Source: Halobacteroidaceae bacterium
GTDB taxonomy: Bacteria > Bacillota > Halanaerobiia > B1SED10-174
NCBI GenBank assembly: GCA_003551665.1
Contig: PUNE01000124.1
Location: 19,720-83,719, forward strand
Length of the DNA: 64,000 nucleotides
Direction: 5' to 3'
A program made the translations under genes and the position numbers. Shown here in pieces: positions 19,660 to 31,274 of this stretch (positions are counted from its first letter, which is position 1; each line of letters opens with the position of its first letter). The notes beneath the pieces were generated by a model that worked only from the letters and a program-made list of their open reading frames with translations, was not told the origin of the DNA and searched no databases.

Positions 19660-20641
19660 AACCTCCTGTGATGAAACTTCGGCTGCTGTGGTTTCTGGTG
19701 GCCGATTTGTTAAAAGCAATATTATTGCTTCCCAGATAAACCTGCACAGAGAATTCGGGGGAGTTGTCCCGGAACTGGCCTCGCGGAAGCACCTGGAGCT
19801 TCTGGACAGGGTAATAAAGAAAGCCCTGGATGAGGCAGGAGTGGGGTTTTCCGACCTGGATGGGATCGCTGTAACCTACGGGCCGGGGCTGGTAGGGAGC
19901 CTGCTTATTGGTATTGTAGCTGCCAAAACTCTTTCCTGGTCGCTTGGGCTTCCCCTGATCGGGGTTAATCACATTTTGGGCCACATTTATTCTAACCTTC
20001 TGGAACATCCGGAACTGGAGCCCCCCCTGCTCTGTCTTACGGTATCGGGAGGTCATACCGATCTTTTGTATACTGAGGAATGGGGCGAATACCGGATCCT
20101 GGGAAGAACTCGAGACGATGCTGCGGGGGAATCCTATGATAAGGTAGCCAGGTTTTTGGGACTGGGTTACCCGGGTGGGCCTGCTGTAGAGAGGATTGCT
20201 GAATCAGGTGATCCAGACCGGTTTTCTCTGCCCAGCCCCAATCTGGGAGAGGACCGATTTGGTTTTTCTTTTAGTGGATTGAAAACTGCGGTAATTAACC
20301 TTGCTCATAACCTGGAACAGAAGGAGGGGCAAATTCCTGTAGCTGACATCGCTGCTTCCTTCCAAAAAACAGTTGTGGATATACTCCTGGAAAGAGTAGA
20401 AAGGGCCTTGAAGGATTATCCTGTAGATAAAGTCCTGCTGGCAGGAGGTGTTGCCGCCAATAAATACCTGCGCCGCCGCCTGCAGGAAAGCCTGGAGAAA
20501 AAAGGGGTAGACCTGTACTACCCTTCCCTGGAGTACTGTACCGATAACGCGGCAATGGTTGCCGGGGCAGGGTATTTCCTTCTCCAGCAGGGTAAGGTCA
20601 GTTCCCTGGATCTGGACGCTTATCCCCAACTTAAAATATAG
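19631..20641 (+). CDS. tsaD: TsaD (Gcp)
   Basis: GIETSCDETS, GGVVPELASRKH, SGGHT, DDAAGE, FSFSGLKT, TDNAAM. Confidence 0.97.
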   Translation: MAGDLILGIETSCDETSAAVVSGGRFVKSNIIASQINLHREFGGVVPELASRKHLELLDRVIKKALDEAGVGFSDLDGIAVTYGPGLVGSLLIGIVAAKTLSWSLGLPLIGVNHILGHIYSNLLEHPELEPPLLCLTVSGGHTDLLYTEEWGEYRILGRTRDDAAGESYDKVARFLGLGYPGGPAVERIAESGDPDRFSLPSPNLGEDRFGFSFSGLKTAVINLAHNLEQKEGQIPVADIAASFQKTVVDILLERVERALKDYPVDKVLLAGGVAANKYLRRRLQESLEKKGVDLYYPSLEYCTDNAAMVAGAGYFLLQQGKVSSLDLDAYPQLKI

Positions 20642-20668
20642 CCTGTGAATTTTTTCATACTGGCTTAT

Positions 20669-20845
20669 TGTGGAAAATGTGGAAAAATCCCTTCCTCCTT
20701 ATGTCCGGAAGGGTTTTTCTGTGGACTTAAAAAGGAATAAAATGGCACCATAAAAGGAAAAATAAGGAAAACCTGTGGATAAGGTCGATGTTTTTCGGGT
20801 TTTAGGGGATCTTTTTGTGGATAAGTCTGTGGATACTGTGGATAT
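20669..20845. promoter_or_regulatory. DnaA-box cluster (all boxes in the same orientation)
   Basis: Perfect TGTGGATAA at 20774 and 20816; TGTGGAAAA at 20669 and 20678; TGTGGATAC at 20828; TGTGGATAT at 20837. Confidence 0.8.
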
Positions 20846-20860
20846 GGGAGGTTTCCAAAA

Positions 20861-22180
20861 ATGGAAGCAAAATTAAAACAGCTCCTGGTGGAAAGTTATA
20901 GCAGGAACAATATTCTTCACCTGACATCTGTCTGTCCCCAGCAATGTATATTCTGCAGCCATCAGTTTAATCCCCCCGGGATTGAGACTTTCTCCCCTGG
21001 ACATCTCTCCCTGGCCCTGATCGAAGATCTCCTGGGGTTTCTTGACCCTGAGAGGACTGTCCGAACCGGAGAATCGGTTAACCGTGTAATTGAGGGAGAA
21101 CCCCTATGCCATCCCGATTTTTTTAAAATCCTTGGATCCTTCAGGAACCAGTTACCCACAACTCCCCTGGAAATAGTAACCACGGGAGACCTGCTTAACC
21201 GGGATAGGATAAAGGAGTTGGCCGGTTTCCGTCCCCTGAGTTTAAAGATTTCCCTGAATCTAATTGATCCGGATTTACGAAAAAGGTTCTTAGGTTCTGC
21301 CAGAGAATACATTGAACCGGTTCTGGACAATCTTAAGAATGAATGTTTACCCTTTAAGATTACAGCTGTAGCATTACCCCAGTTAACTGGCTGGGAGAAG
21401 CTGGAGGAAACTGTTTTGAGGGCCTCGCGGTACTGTCCGGAGGACATTACTCTTTACCGCCCGGGAATTGCAGGAAAAGCCCACGGGAAACTCCCGCTTT
21501 CCCTCGTAGAAGACCAGAAACTTGAAGATCATGTTTCCCATCTGCAGGGGAAAATGGACATTCCTGTGTTGTTAGAGCCACCACGACTGACTGACTTTAA
21601 CCCAATTGTGGCAGGGATAAAGAAGGGCAGTCCTGCTGCGAGGGCTGGATTGAAGAGAGGAGACATAATTTTGCAGGTGGACGGAATGGGGATTCATTCC
21701 AGGGTTGAAGCCCACATTGCCCTAAACCAGAATAAGGGTAAAAAGGTTATGGTGAAAAAACAGGGAAAAGAAATGGAACTAATCCTGGAAACTGAGCCCG
21801 GAAGCAGCAGCGGAGCAATTTTTTACAGGGATATTCACTCCCGGATAATTGAAGAGATAAAAAGAATGGGGCAGGTGCAAAAAGTGGGAATTGTTACATC
21901 TATCGGAGCATACCCTCTTTTGCAGGCAGGTTTGGGGAAAAGTGAGGTCAGGGTTTTTCCCTTTGCCAATCGAGCCTTTGGAGGCTCTATCGATTCTGCC
22001 GGGCTTCTTGGGATAAGGGATATTGTTGAGCAATGGGATGAGGTGACTGGTAATGAGAGCCTGGAAAAAGTTGTTTTGCCTGCTGTGATGTTTGATTCTC
22101 GTGGCCGGGATCTCTGGGGTTTAAGTCTTTCCAAACTTGAGGAACAACTGGGTCTACCCTGCACGGAAATTTCCTCCTGA
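20861..22180 (+). CDS. Radical SAM protein with PDZ-like and DUF512-like C-terminal regions
   Basis: CPQQCIFC cluster motif, IEGEP, PDZ-like GSPAARAGLKRGDIILQVDG, and C-terminal N..FGGSI..AGLL...DI and FD..GRDL.G. Confidence 0.75.
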   Translation: MEAKLKQLLVESYSRNNILHLTSVCPQQCIFCSHQFNPPGIETFSPGHLSLALIEDLLGFLDPERTVRTGESVNRVIEGEPLCHPDFFKILGSFRNQLPTTPLEIVTTGDLLNRDRIKELAGFRPLSLKISLNLIDPDLRKRFLGSAREYIEPVLDNLKNECLPFKITAVALPQLTGWEKLEETVLRASRYCPEDITLYRPGIAGKAHGKLPLSLVEDQKLEDHVSHLQGKMDIPVLLEPPRLTDFNPIVAGIKKGSPAARAGLKRGDIILQVDGMGIHSRVEAHIALNQNKGKKVMVKKQGKEMELILETEPGSSSGAIFYRDIHSRIIEEIKRMGQVQKVGIVTSIGAYPLLQAGLGKSEVRVFPFANRAFGGSIDSAGLLGIRDIVEQWDEVTGNESLEKVVLPAVMFDSRGRDLWGLSLSKLEEQLGLPCTEISS

Positions 22181-22329
22181 ATTAAATGGAAAGGCATAAA
22201 AAAGAATTATTTGAAGATAATTAGAGGAAAAAAAGGTCTGGCAGACTTAATTTTTGTAGGTGCCCGGAATTTGCTGATTGATGTATTTGCTTTTACATGC
22301 TTTCTTGATTATTATAATCAGTGTGACCA

Positions 22330-22356
22330 TTAGCACTCAGCCTGGTTGAGTGCTAA
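22330..22356. promoter_or_regulatory. CIRCE element (HrcA operator)
   Basis: Perfect TTAGCACTC-N9-GAGTGCTAA, downstream of a sigmaA-like -10 (TATTATAAT at about 22310-22318) and upstream of groES. Confidence 0.97.
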
Positions 22357-22393
22357 CAAATTTATACCATTATTCTCAAAAGGGGGTATTGTA

Positions 22394-22684
22394 GTGAACA
22401 TAAAGCCATTGGGTGATCGCGTGGTCATTAAACCCATAGAAAAAGAGGAAATGACCAAAAGCGGGATCGTTCTCCCCGACACTGCCAAAGAAAAGCCGCA
22501 GGAGGGAGAAGTGCTTGCAGTTGGAGAAGGCCGCATGCTTGACAGTGGAGAAAAAGTTCCTTTAAGCGTTAAAGTAGGAGACAAGGTCATCTATGCTAAA
22601 TATGCTGGAACGGAATTAAAAAGGGAAGACCATGAATATCTTATCATTAGCGAAAAAGATATTCTGGCCATAGTAAACGATTAA
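22394..22684 (+). CDS. groES: Co-chaperonin GroES
   Basis: [29 protein letters not shown]; GTG start after AAGGGGG. Confidence 0.97.
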   Translation: MNIKPLGDRVVIKPIEKEEMTKSGIVLPDTAKEKPQEGEVLAVGEGRMLDSGEKVPLSVKVGDKVIYAKYAGTELKREDHEYLIISEKDILAIVND

Positions 22685-22702
22685 AACAAATTGGGGAGGT
22701 AG

Positions 22703-24334
<1,632 letters not shown>

Positions 24335-24371
24335 AAACCAGAGCCTGATGTGGCCTGGGAAAAATAAACAC

Positions 24372-24404
24372 GGGCCCCGCCTCTGTGCGGGGTCCTTGTC
24401 TTTT
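24372..24404 (+). terminator. Intrinsic terminator of groESL
   Basis: GGGCCCCGC-N6-GCGGGGTCC followed by TTGTCTTTT. Confidence 0.65.
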
Positions 24405-24574
24405 CGTGTTTCCGGTGAAAAGATCTTTGGGAAGTGGGGAAATTAAAGGAGAATTTCAAATTTTACAGAAGAAAAAAGTAGAACATAAAACTCTTTTCCC
24501 AAAAAATTATTGTCTCCAGACAGGAGATCCCGGGGAAGAGTGAGTTTTGGGGAAATAAGATGAGGTGATAAAAT

Positions 24575-25567
24575 ATGTGGAAGGAGAAGTTTCCGCAAAT
24601 TAAGCTGACCGCTACTCCCACTCCCATTGAAAAAATGGAGCGCTTAAGCCGGGATTTTAAAGGCATCGAATTTTATATTAAAAGGGATGACCTGACGGGT
24701 CTTGCCTTTGGAGGTAATAAAGCCCGCAAGCTGGAGTTTCTTTTCGGAGAAGGGAAGAAACGGGGATGCCAGACGGTTATTACCCAGGGAGGGGAGCAGT
24801 CTAACCATGCCCGCATGACTGCTGCTGCCGCGGCTAAAATGGGTTGGGAGGCAATCCTCGTTCTGCAGGGGAGTCCTCCTTCTCAGTTTCAGGGCAATGT
24901 TTTTCTGGACAAACTCCTGGGGGCCAGAATTATCTGGACTGAGGGGGCAAAACGGAGTGAAATCGTTAAAAGAGAAATGGAAGGGCTGGAAGAACAGGGA
25001 AAAAAAGTTTTGAATATTCCTACCGGAGGTTCAACTCCCCTGGGTTCACTGGGGTATGTGCAGGCTGCAGAAGAGATTGCCCAACAGGAGAAAGAACTCG
25101 ATGTATCCTTTGATTATATTCTTGCTCCTGCAGGTTCAGGAGGCACCCATGCCGGGCTGCTGGTGGGGAAATATATGTTTGGACTCCAGACAAAAATAAT
25201 GGGAATAGCTGCTGATGACCAGGACTTTGCCCCGGTTATTGAAGAACTTTTTCAGGGTGTTTCGGATCTGCTGGGGGTGAAATATGACCGGGAGCAGGGA
25301 GACCTGGTTTTGAATCGCGATTATGTTGGTCCTGGTTATGGAAAGCTTGATGAGACCACTCTGCGGGCTGTAAGGTACCTTGCCCTGCGAGAGGGAGTTA
25401 TGGTGGGACCCGTATATACCGGGAAGGCTGTAGCTGGATTACTCGATCTTGCCCTGAAAGGTTTTTTCCCTGAGGGAAGTAAAATTCTTTTCCTCCATAC
25501 GGGGGGAAACCCGGAGCTTTTTGCCTTTAATCGCGAAATAGGGGGAGAGGAAAATGTTAACGAATGA
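24575..25567 (+). CDS. D-cysteine desulfhydrase / ACC deaminase family PLP enzyme
   Basis: [45 protein letters not shown]. Confidence 0.9.
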   Translation: MWKEKFPQIKLTATPTPIEKMERLSRDFKGIEFYIKRDDLTGLAFGGNKARKLEFLFGEGKKRGCQTVITQGGEQSNHARMTAAAAAKMGWEAILVLQGSPPSQFQGNVFLDKLLGARIIWTEGAKRSEIVKREMEGLEEQGKKVLNIPTGGSTPLGSLGYVQAAEEIAQQEKELDVSFDYILAPAGSGGTHAGLLVGKYMFGLQTKIMGIAADDQDFAPVIEELFQGVSDLLGVKYDREQGDLVLNRDYVGPGYGKLDETTLRAVRYLALREGVMVGPVYTGKAVAGLLDLALKGFFPEGSKILFLHTGGNPELFAFNREIGGEENVNE

Positions 25568-27092
25568 AACCGTTGTGGTTATTGATTTTGGAGCCCAGTA
25601 CAACCAGTTAATTGTCAGGCGAATCAGAGAAGCCAATGTTTTTGCCCGGCTTTTACCACACAGCACTTCCGTTGAAGAAATCAGGAAGATAAAGCCAAAG
25701 GCGATTATCCTTTCCGGCGGACCTAACAGCGTTTATTCACCCGGGGCTCCCAGGGTTGACCAGAAGATTTTTAATGAAGGTGTTCCTATCCTGGGGATCT
25801 GTTACGGGATGCAACTAATGGCTTACCAGCTTGGGGGCCAGGTAAGAAGGGCAGAAAAAAGGGAGTATGGACCTGCTTTCCTGGAGATTATAGAGGATGC
25901 CCCCCTTTTTGCTGGAGCCAGGAAAGGTCTTGATGTCTGGATGAGTCATGGAGACCAGGTTCTTTCTCTCCCCGCTGGGTTTAAAACGATCGGGAAAACA
26001 GAAAACACTTCCATTGCGGCCATCGGAAATAAAGAGAGGAAGTTTTATGGTGTTCAATTTCATCCAGAGGTAGCGCACACTCCAGAGGGACAAAAAATTA
26101 TTTCCAACTTTTTGTTTGAAGTTGCGGGTTGTTCCGGGGACTGGACTGAGGAGAATATTATTGAAGAAAAAATCACGGCAATAAAAGAAAGGGTCAAAAA
26201 AGGTATTGCCATATGCGGTTTGTCGGGTGGGGTGGATTCTGCTGTTGCAGCCCGACTTGTGCAAAAAGCAATCGGCGACCGCCTTTATTGTATTTTTATT
26301 AACCACGGATTGTTGAGGGAAGGGGAAGCCCGGGAAATTGAAGAAACCTTTAACCGGGAGTTCCAGGCCAAATTAATTGTTGTTGATGCTCGAAAAAGGT
26401 TCCTGGATAAACTCAGGGGTGTGAAGGACCCTGAGGAAAAGCGGCAGATAATTGGCCACGAATTCATTGCGGTTTTCGAGGAAGAAGCCCAGAAGCTTCC
26501 CGATGCAGATTATCTGGTTCAGGGAACTGTCTATTCCGATGTTATCGAAAGTGGACATGGAGAAGCTTCCCGTATTAAATCACACCACAATGTGGGAGGG
26601 CTCCCCGACAGAATGAATCTTAACCTTGTTGAGCCCCTGCGGGAGTTATTCAAGGATGAAGTGCGGCGAATTGGGGATATGCTTGGCCTGCCCCCCTCTC
26701 TGGTCTGGCGGCAGCCTTTCCCGGGGCCTGGTCTGGCAGTAAGGATAATTGGTGATATAACCGAGGAAAGACTGGAAACAGTTCGCCTTGCCGACCAGAT
26801 TTTCCGCCAGGAAATTAAAAAAGCCGGCCTGGAAAGAGAAGTCTGGCAGGCTTTTGCGGTGCTCCCTGCGGATTTGCGCAGTGTTGGAGTGATGGGAGAT
26901 GAAAGGACCTATGGATCAACAATAATTTTGCGGGCTGTTACCAGTGAGGATGCAATGACTGCTACCTGGGCTCGTTTACCCTACGAAGTACTGGAAAGGA
27001 TTTCCGGAAGAATTACCAATGAATTGGACAGGGTCAACAGGGTTGTTTACGATATTACTCCCAAACCTCCTGGAACTATAGAATGGGAATAA
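25554..27092 (+). CDS. guaA: GMP synthase (glutamine-hydrolysing)
   Basis: [42 protein letters not shown]. Confidence 0.98.
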   Translation: MLTNETVVVIDFGAQYNQLIVRRIREANVFARLLPHSTSVEEIRKIKPKAIILSGGPNSVYSPGAPRVDQKIFNEGVPILGICYGMQLMAYQLGGQVRRAEKREYGPAFLEIIEDAPLFAGARKGLDVWMSHGDQVLSLPAGFKTIGKTENTSIAAIGNKERKFYGVQFHPEVAHTPEGQKIISNFLFEVAGCSGDWTEENIIEEKITAIKERVKKGIAICGLSGGVDSAVAARLVQKAIGDRLYCIFINHGLLREGEAREIEETFNREFQAKLIVVDARKRFLDKLRGVKDPEEKRQIIGHEFIAVFEEEAQKLPDADYLVQGTVYSDVIESGHGEASRIKSHHNVGGLPDRMNLNLVEPLRELFKDEVRRIGDMLGLPPSLVWRQPFPGPGLAVRIIGDITEERLETVRLADQIFRQEIKKAGLEREVWQAFAVLPADLRSVGVMGDERTYGSTIILRAVTSEDAMTATWARLPYEVLERISGRITNELDRVNRVVYDITPKPPGTIEWE

Positions 27093-27170
27093 ACTTAACT
27101 GACTCTTCTTTTGTTTAAAGAAGGATTGTTTAGAAGGAAAGAGAATAATTAAAAAAGGGAGGCCTATAAA

Positions 27171-27761
27171 ATGGCCTGGATTATCCTGCTGGTTTCTTAC
27201 CTCCTGGGAAGTATTCCCGGGGCCGTTCTGGTGGCCCGCAGCAGGGGGGTTCAGATAACAAAAGAAGGTAGCACAAATCCTGGAACGGCAAATGTGCTCC
27301 GCCTCCTTGGCCGGGGCCCTGCCCTGATGTGTTTATTAATTGATGCGGGCAAGGGAGCAGCGGCTGTTCTGCTTGCTGAGATGGTCGGAATGGGAATTCT
27401 GGCGGCAGGAGGGGTTATCGCCGGGCATAATTGGTCAATTTTTCTTAGGGGTCGTGGAGGAAAAGGGATAGCCACCATGGCCGGGACCCTTTTAATTCTT
27501 AGCCCCATTGTTATTCCCCTCCTGGGGATCATTTATCTTGGAATTAATTATCTATCTTCTTATATTGCATTGAGCAGTGTTGTAACAGGCCTTTTTTTAC
27601 CTGTTCTTCTGGGCTGGCAGCTTGGTCAGGGAGGTGTTTACCTGGGGTTTGCGATTGCCCTGATGTTGATAATCAAACACTGGAAGAATCTAAAGCAGAC
27701 CCTGGAAGGAAAAGAAGAGAGGAAAAACATAGTAAAAGGGATCATTTCTAAAAGGAGGTGA
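27171..27761 (+). CDS. plsY: Glycerol-3-phosphate acyltransferase PlsY
   Basis: YLLGSIP, GSTNPGTANVLR, DAGKG, GHNWSIF..GGKGIAT, KHWKNL. Confidence 0.9.
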   Translation: MAWIILLVSYLLGSIPGAVLVARSRGVQITKEGSTNPGTANVLRLLGRGPALMCLLIDAGKGAAAVLLAEMVGMGILAAGGVIAGHNWSIFLRGRGGKGIATMAGTLLILSPIVIPLLGIIYLGINYLSSYIALSSVVTGLFLPVLLGWQLGQGGVYLGFAIALMLIIKHWKNLKQTLEGKEERKNIVKGIISKRR

Positions 27762-28063
27762 GTTGGATGAATGGAAGGATAAAGGATGAAATGACTGACC
27801 AACTTTTTAAGGCGGTTCTGACCCTGCGAAACATTGAAGAAGCATATGCCTTTTTCGAGGATGCCTGCACCATCAATGAAATAAAGGCAATGGCCCAGAG
27901 GCTGGAAGTGGCCAGGATGTTAAGGGCCGGGGCAACATATGAGGAGGTAGCCGATGCAACAGGGGCAAGCACTGCAACTATCAGCAGAGTAAAACGGTAC
28001 TTAAATTACGGTTCAGACGGCTACAGGCTTGTTCTGGATCGCTTGAAGGAAGATGGAAAATAG
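27758..28063 (+). CDS. YerC/YecD family TrpR-like protein
   Basis: FFEDACTINEIKAMAQRLEVA...TGASTATISRVKR.L.YG. The start may be ATG 27767. Confidence 0.9.
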   Translation: MSWMNGRIKDEMTDQLFKAVLTLRNIEEAYAFFEDACTINEIKAMAQRLEVARMLRAGATYEEVADATGASTATISRVKRYLNYGSDGYRLVLDRLKEDGK

Positions 28064-28086
28064 TAGGGGAAGGCCCATAATAAAAT

Positions 28087-28120
28087 AAAAAAGGAAAGGG
28101 GTTTTCCCCTTTCCTTTTTT
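28087..28120. terminator. Intrinsic terminator
   Basis: AAAAAAGGAAAGGGG-TTTT-CCCCTTTCCTTTTTT. Confidence 0.8.
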
Positions 28121-28146
28121 GGGTAGCATCAGGTGGGAGGAGATTA

Positions 28147-28584
28147 TTGTTGAAAATTGCAATAATTGACGGTCTCGGCGGAGGCCTGGGAAGCCAGCTT
28201 GCCAAGAGGCTTTCTGCCCGGCTCCCGGCCGGGGTCAGTTTATTTTTGATGGGAACAAATGGAATAGCAACCCAAAAAATGCTGGAATCTTCTTCGGGTC
28301 TGGGAGTAACCGGGGAAAAGGCAATTATATATAACCTGGAAAAGATGGGCCTGATTACCGGTCCAATGGGGATAATAATACCCCATGCCATGCGTGGTGA
28401 AATCACGCCTGAAATGGCAACAGCAGTGGCCGCCTCCCCTGCCAGGAAAATTTTGGTTCCCCTTGAACAGCCTCACGTTTTTCTAGTTGGAAGGCAAACT
28501 TCTAATTTAGCAGGATTACTGGATCAAGCGGTGGAAACGATCCTACAATGCTGCGGGGAGGAGGATGAGGATGAGCAAATATGA
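28147..28584 (+). CDS. DUF3842 family protein
   Basis: IAIIDGLGGGLG, GTN.IAT..M, TGEKAI, GEITPEMA.AV..S.A.KIL.P. Confidence 0.8.
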   Translation: MLKIAIIDGLGGGLGSQLAKRLSARLPAGVSLFLMGTNGIATQKMLESSSGLGVTGEKAIIYNLEKMGLITGPMGIIIPHAMRGEITPEMATAVAASPARKILVPLEQPHVFLVGRQTSNLAGLLDQAVETILQCCGEEDEDEQI

Positions 28585-29950
28585 TGTTATTATTGTTGGT
28601 GCAGGACCTGCAGGGATTTTTTGTGCCCTGCAGTTAATGGATACCGGAAAGAAAATTTTGATATTGGAAAAAGGCAGGTCCCTGGACAAAAGGTTCTGCC
28701 CGGCAAAGGAAAAGGGAGGGCGCTGCCTGCAGTGTGAAAACTGTTCCATTGTTTGTGGCTGGGGTGGAGCAGGTGCCTATAGTGATGGCAAGCTTACTCT
28801 CTCCGGAGAAGTCGGGGGAAACCTGGATCAGTATATTGGGGGCAATATGCTGGAAAAACTGATCAGAGAAGTTGATGGTTTTTACAAGGAATTTGGTGCT
28901 CCCCAGCATATTTTTGGTGCCGCTCCTGAAAGAGTAGAGCAGCTCCAGAAAAAAGCCCTGATGGCAGAAATGAAGTTTGTTGCCGCCCCTCTCCGCCATC
29001 TCGGTACGGGTTATAGCAAGGTGGTCCTGCAGAACATGTTCGAACACCTGCAGGAAAAGGGTGTAAAGATTAGATCCAACACCCGGGTAGAGCGGATTAA
29101 GGTAGAGAATGGTAAAGCAACGGGAATTGTTACCGGGGATGGAGAGGAAATAGAAGCCAGGTATATTATGGTAGCACCGGGAAGGGAAAATTCCGAATGG
29201 TTTGAGGCTGAAGCCAACCGCCTTAAAATGCAGCTTTCAGTCAATCCCGTGGATATTGGAATTCGGGTAGAGGTTCCCGCGGTGGTAACAGATGATATTA
29301 CCCGAGATATTTACGAGCCAAAGTTATTGTATTTCTCCCAGACTTTTGATGACCGGGTTCGAACTTTCTGTATGTGTCCTAATGGAGAGGTGGTCCAGGA
29401 AAACAACCAGGGTTTGATTACCGTAAACGGCCACAGCCATTCAGAGTTTAAAACAAAGAATACCAACTTTGCCCTGCTGGTGAGTAAGAGTTTTACCCAG
29501 CCTTTTAAAGAGCCTATTAAATACGGTCGTTATATAGCGCGCCTGGCCAACCTGCTGGGGGGAGGGGTTCTTGTCCAGAGGCTGGGCGACCTTCTTGCTG
29601 GCCGACGTTCAACTGAACAGCGTTTGATCAGGGGACAGGTTGAACCAACCCTGACGGAGGCAACTCCCGGAGATTTGAGCCTGGTGCTCCCCTACCGTCA
29701 TCTAACATCGCTTATTGAAATGTTGAAAGCGCTTGATAAGATGGCTCCGGGGATTTATTCCCGCAATACACTTCTTTACGGAGTTGAGGTTAAGTTCTAT
29801 TCTTCCCGTATAGAGGTTTCTTCGGAGCTGGAAACCAGGATAACCAATCTTTTTGCAGGTGGAGATGGCGCAGGAATAACACGGGGTTTAATGCAGGCTT
29901 CAGTATCGGGATGGGTAATCGGAAAGGAAATCAAGAAAAGATTGCAATAG
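28571..29950 (+). CDS. FAD/NAD(P)-dependent oxidoreductase (COG2509-like)
   Basis: GAGPAG, CLQCENC, GAGAYSDGKL, RTFCMCPNG, GVEVKFYS, GDGAGITRG; ATG after GGAGGA. Confidence 0.85.
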   Translation: MSKYDVIIVGAGPAGIFCALQLMDTGKKILILEKGRSLDKRFCPAKEKGGRCLQCENCSIVCGWGGAGAYSDGKLTLSGEVGGNLDQYIGGNMLEKLIREVDGFYKEFGAPQHIFGAAPERVEQLQKKALMAEMKFVAAPLRHLGTGYSKVVLQNMFEHLQEKGVKIRSNTRVERIKVENGKATGIVTGDGEEIEARYIMVAPGRENSEWFEAEANRLKMQLSVNPVDIGIRVEVPAVVTDDITRDIYEPKLLYFSQTFDDRVRTFCMCPNGEVVQENNQGLITVNGHSHSEFKTKNTNFALLVSKSFTQPFKEPIKYGRYIARLANLLGGGVLVQRLGDLLAGRRSTEQRLIRGQVEPTLTEATPGDLSLVLPYRHLTSLIEMLKALDKMAPGIYSRNTLLYGVEVKFYSSRIEVSSELETRITNLFAGGDGAGITRGLMQASVSGWVIGKEIKKRLQ

Positions 29951-29968
29951 AGAAAGGAAGAATCCGTC

Positions 29969-31204
29969 GTGGTCAAGCAATATATCGATTCCCTGGGCCG
30001 GGCAAGTCCCAATATAAAGAGGATGTTCCTGGCCCTCTGCCTTTCGGCAGTTGCTCGGGGAGCGCACATGGTAATTTTCAACCTTTACCTGCGGGACCTG
30101 GGTTTTACTGAAGCATTTGTTGGACAGACTGTTTCCTTAAAAGCCCTGGCAGCGGTTCTGGTCCTGATTCCAGCCGGGATTATCAGTGACAACAAAGGAA
30201 GAAGAATAGTCATGGCTGGGGGAGTTCTGCTTGTTGGCCTTGGGCTGGTAGGAGTTTCCCTTGTTGAAACCAACCTTCCCATCCTGGCCTTTTCTTTTAC
30301 CTTTGGCCTGGGGCAGGCAATCTTTATGGTTACCAACCCTCCCTTTATTTCGGAAAATGCAGGTCCCAGGGAAAGAATGCACCTTTTTAGCCTCAGCTGG
30401 TCGCTGATGATGTTTTCCACCATGCTGGGTAATGTTGGGGGAGGGTGGTTTGCGGATTCTCTCGAATTGGCAGCAGGGCTAACTCCCGTTTGGAGTAAAC
30501 AGGTTACCCTTATTCTTGCCGGAGGGCTTTCCATAGTAGCTCTCCTGCCCCTATCCAGAATCAAAGAAAAAAAACCCGGAGGAGGCCAGAGCTGGGCCGG
30601 ATTTGCAAGGCGTTTAAAGGATACACCAGAAAAGTTTACTATTTTTAAGTTTGTTCTCGCTTCCTTACTTTTAGGGCTGGGGGCGGGACTGATTGTTCCT
30701 TATTTTAATCTTTATTTTGCCCATGAATTTGGCCTGACTACGGGGAGAATTGGCACAATTATGGCCGGTGGACAGGCTGCAATGGCCATGGCCATGTTGG
30801 TTGGGCCACCGCTTGCTCAGAAAGTTGGGCGGGTTCCGGCAATTTGTACCCTGCAGGGCTTTTCCATCCTTTTCCTATTGATCCTGGGTAATACTCATCT
30901 CCTTATCCTGGCTTTAATTGCCTTCCTTTTCCGGGGAGGGTTGATGAATTCTGCGAACCCAATAACAATGAACCTGATGATGGATAATGTTTCAGATAAA
31001 ATGAAAGGGACGGCTACCAGCCTTCATCAGATTGTTTTCCAGCTTGGTTGGACAATTTGCGGTCCAATAAGCGGACTTCTAATTGCTGGTTTCAGTTACC
31101 AATTTGTTTTCCAGGTGGCAGCAATTTTTTACACATTCTCTACCATCTTCTTTTACTTCATGTTCCGGGGCCTGGAAAAACCCCTTGAAGAAGAGAGAAA
31201 GTGA
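29969..31204 (+). CDS. MFS transporter
   Basis: About 12 TM segments; motif A-like GIISDNKGRR and LAQKVGR. Confidence 0.88.
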   Translation: MVKQYIDSLGRASPNIKRMFLALCLSAVARGAHMVIFNLYLRDLGFTEAFVGQTVSLKALAAVLVLIPAGIISDNKGRRIVMAGGVLLVGLGLVGVSLVETNLPILAFSFTFGLGQAIFMVTNPPFISENAGPRERMHLFSLSWSLMMFSTMLGNVGGGWFADSLELAAGLTPVWSKQVTLILAGGLSIVALLPLSRIKEKKPGGGQSWAGFARRLKDTPEKFTIFKFVLASLLLGLGAGLIVPYFNLYFAHEFGLTTGRIGTIMAGGQAAMAMAMLVGPPLAQKVGRVPAICTLQGFSILFLLILGNTHLLILALIAFLFRGGLMNSANPITMNLMMDNVSDKMKGTATSLHQIVFQLGWTICGPISGLLIAGFSYQFVFQVAAIFYTFSTIFFYFMFRGLEKPLEEERK

Positions 31205-31274
31205 TGGAAAAAATTCCTTTACAAAACCAGGAGAACAGGCTAAACTAATAGGAGAAAAGAGAGGAGGTAGCCCT

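Noticed and set aside
20644-20860. TGTGGA repeats as a CRISPR array or as oriC
   Set aside because: The repeats are 9-mers with irregular spacing and there are no cas genes. There is also no adjacent dnaA/dnaN or clear unwinding element, so a non-origin DnaA-box cluster fits better.
31083-31274. N-terminal extensions in the ORF track (31083; also 15049, 22346, 37854, 40092, 45687)
   Set aside because: Better RBS-associated starts lie downstream, and the extensions overlap upstream genes or regulatory elements.
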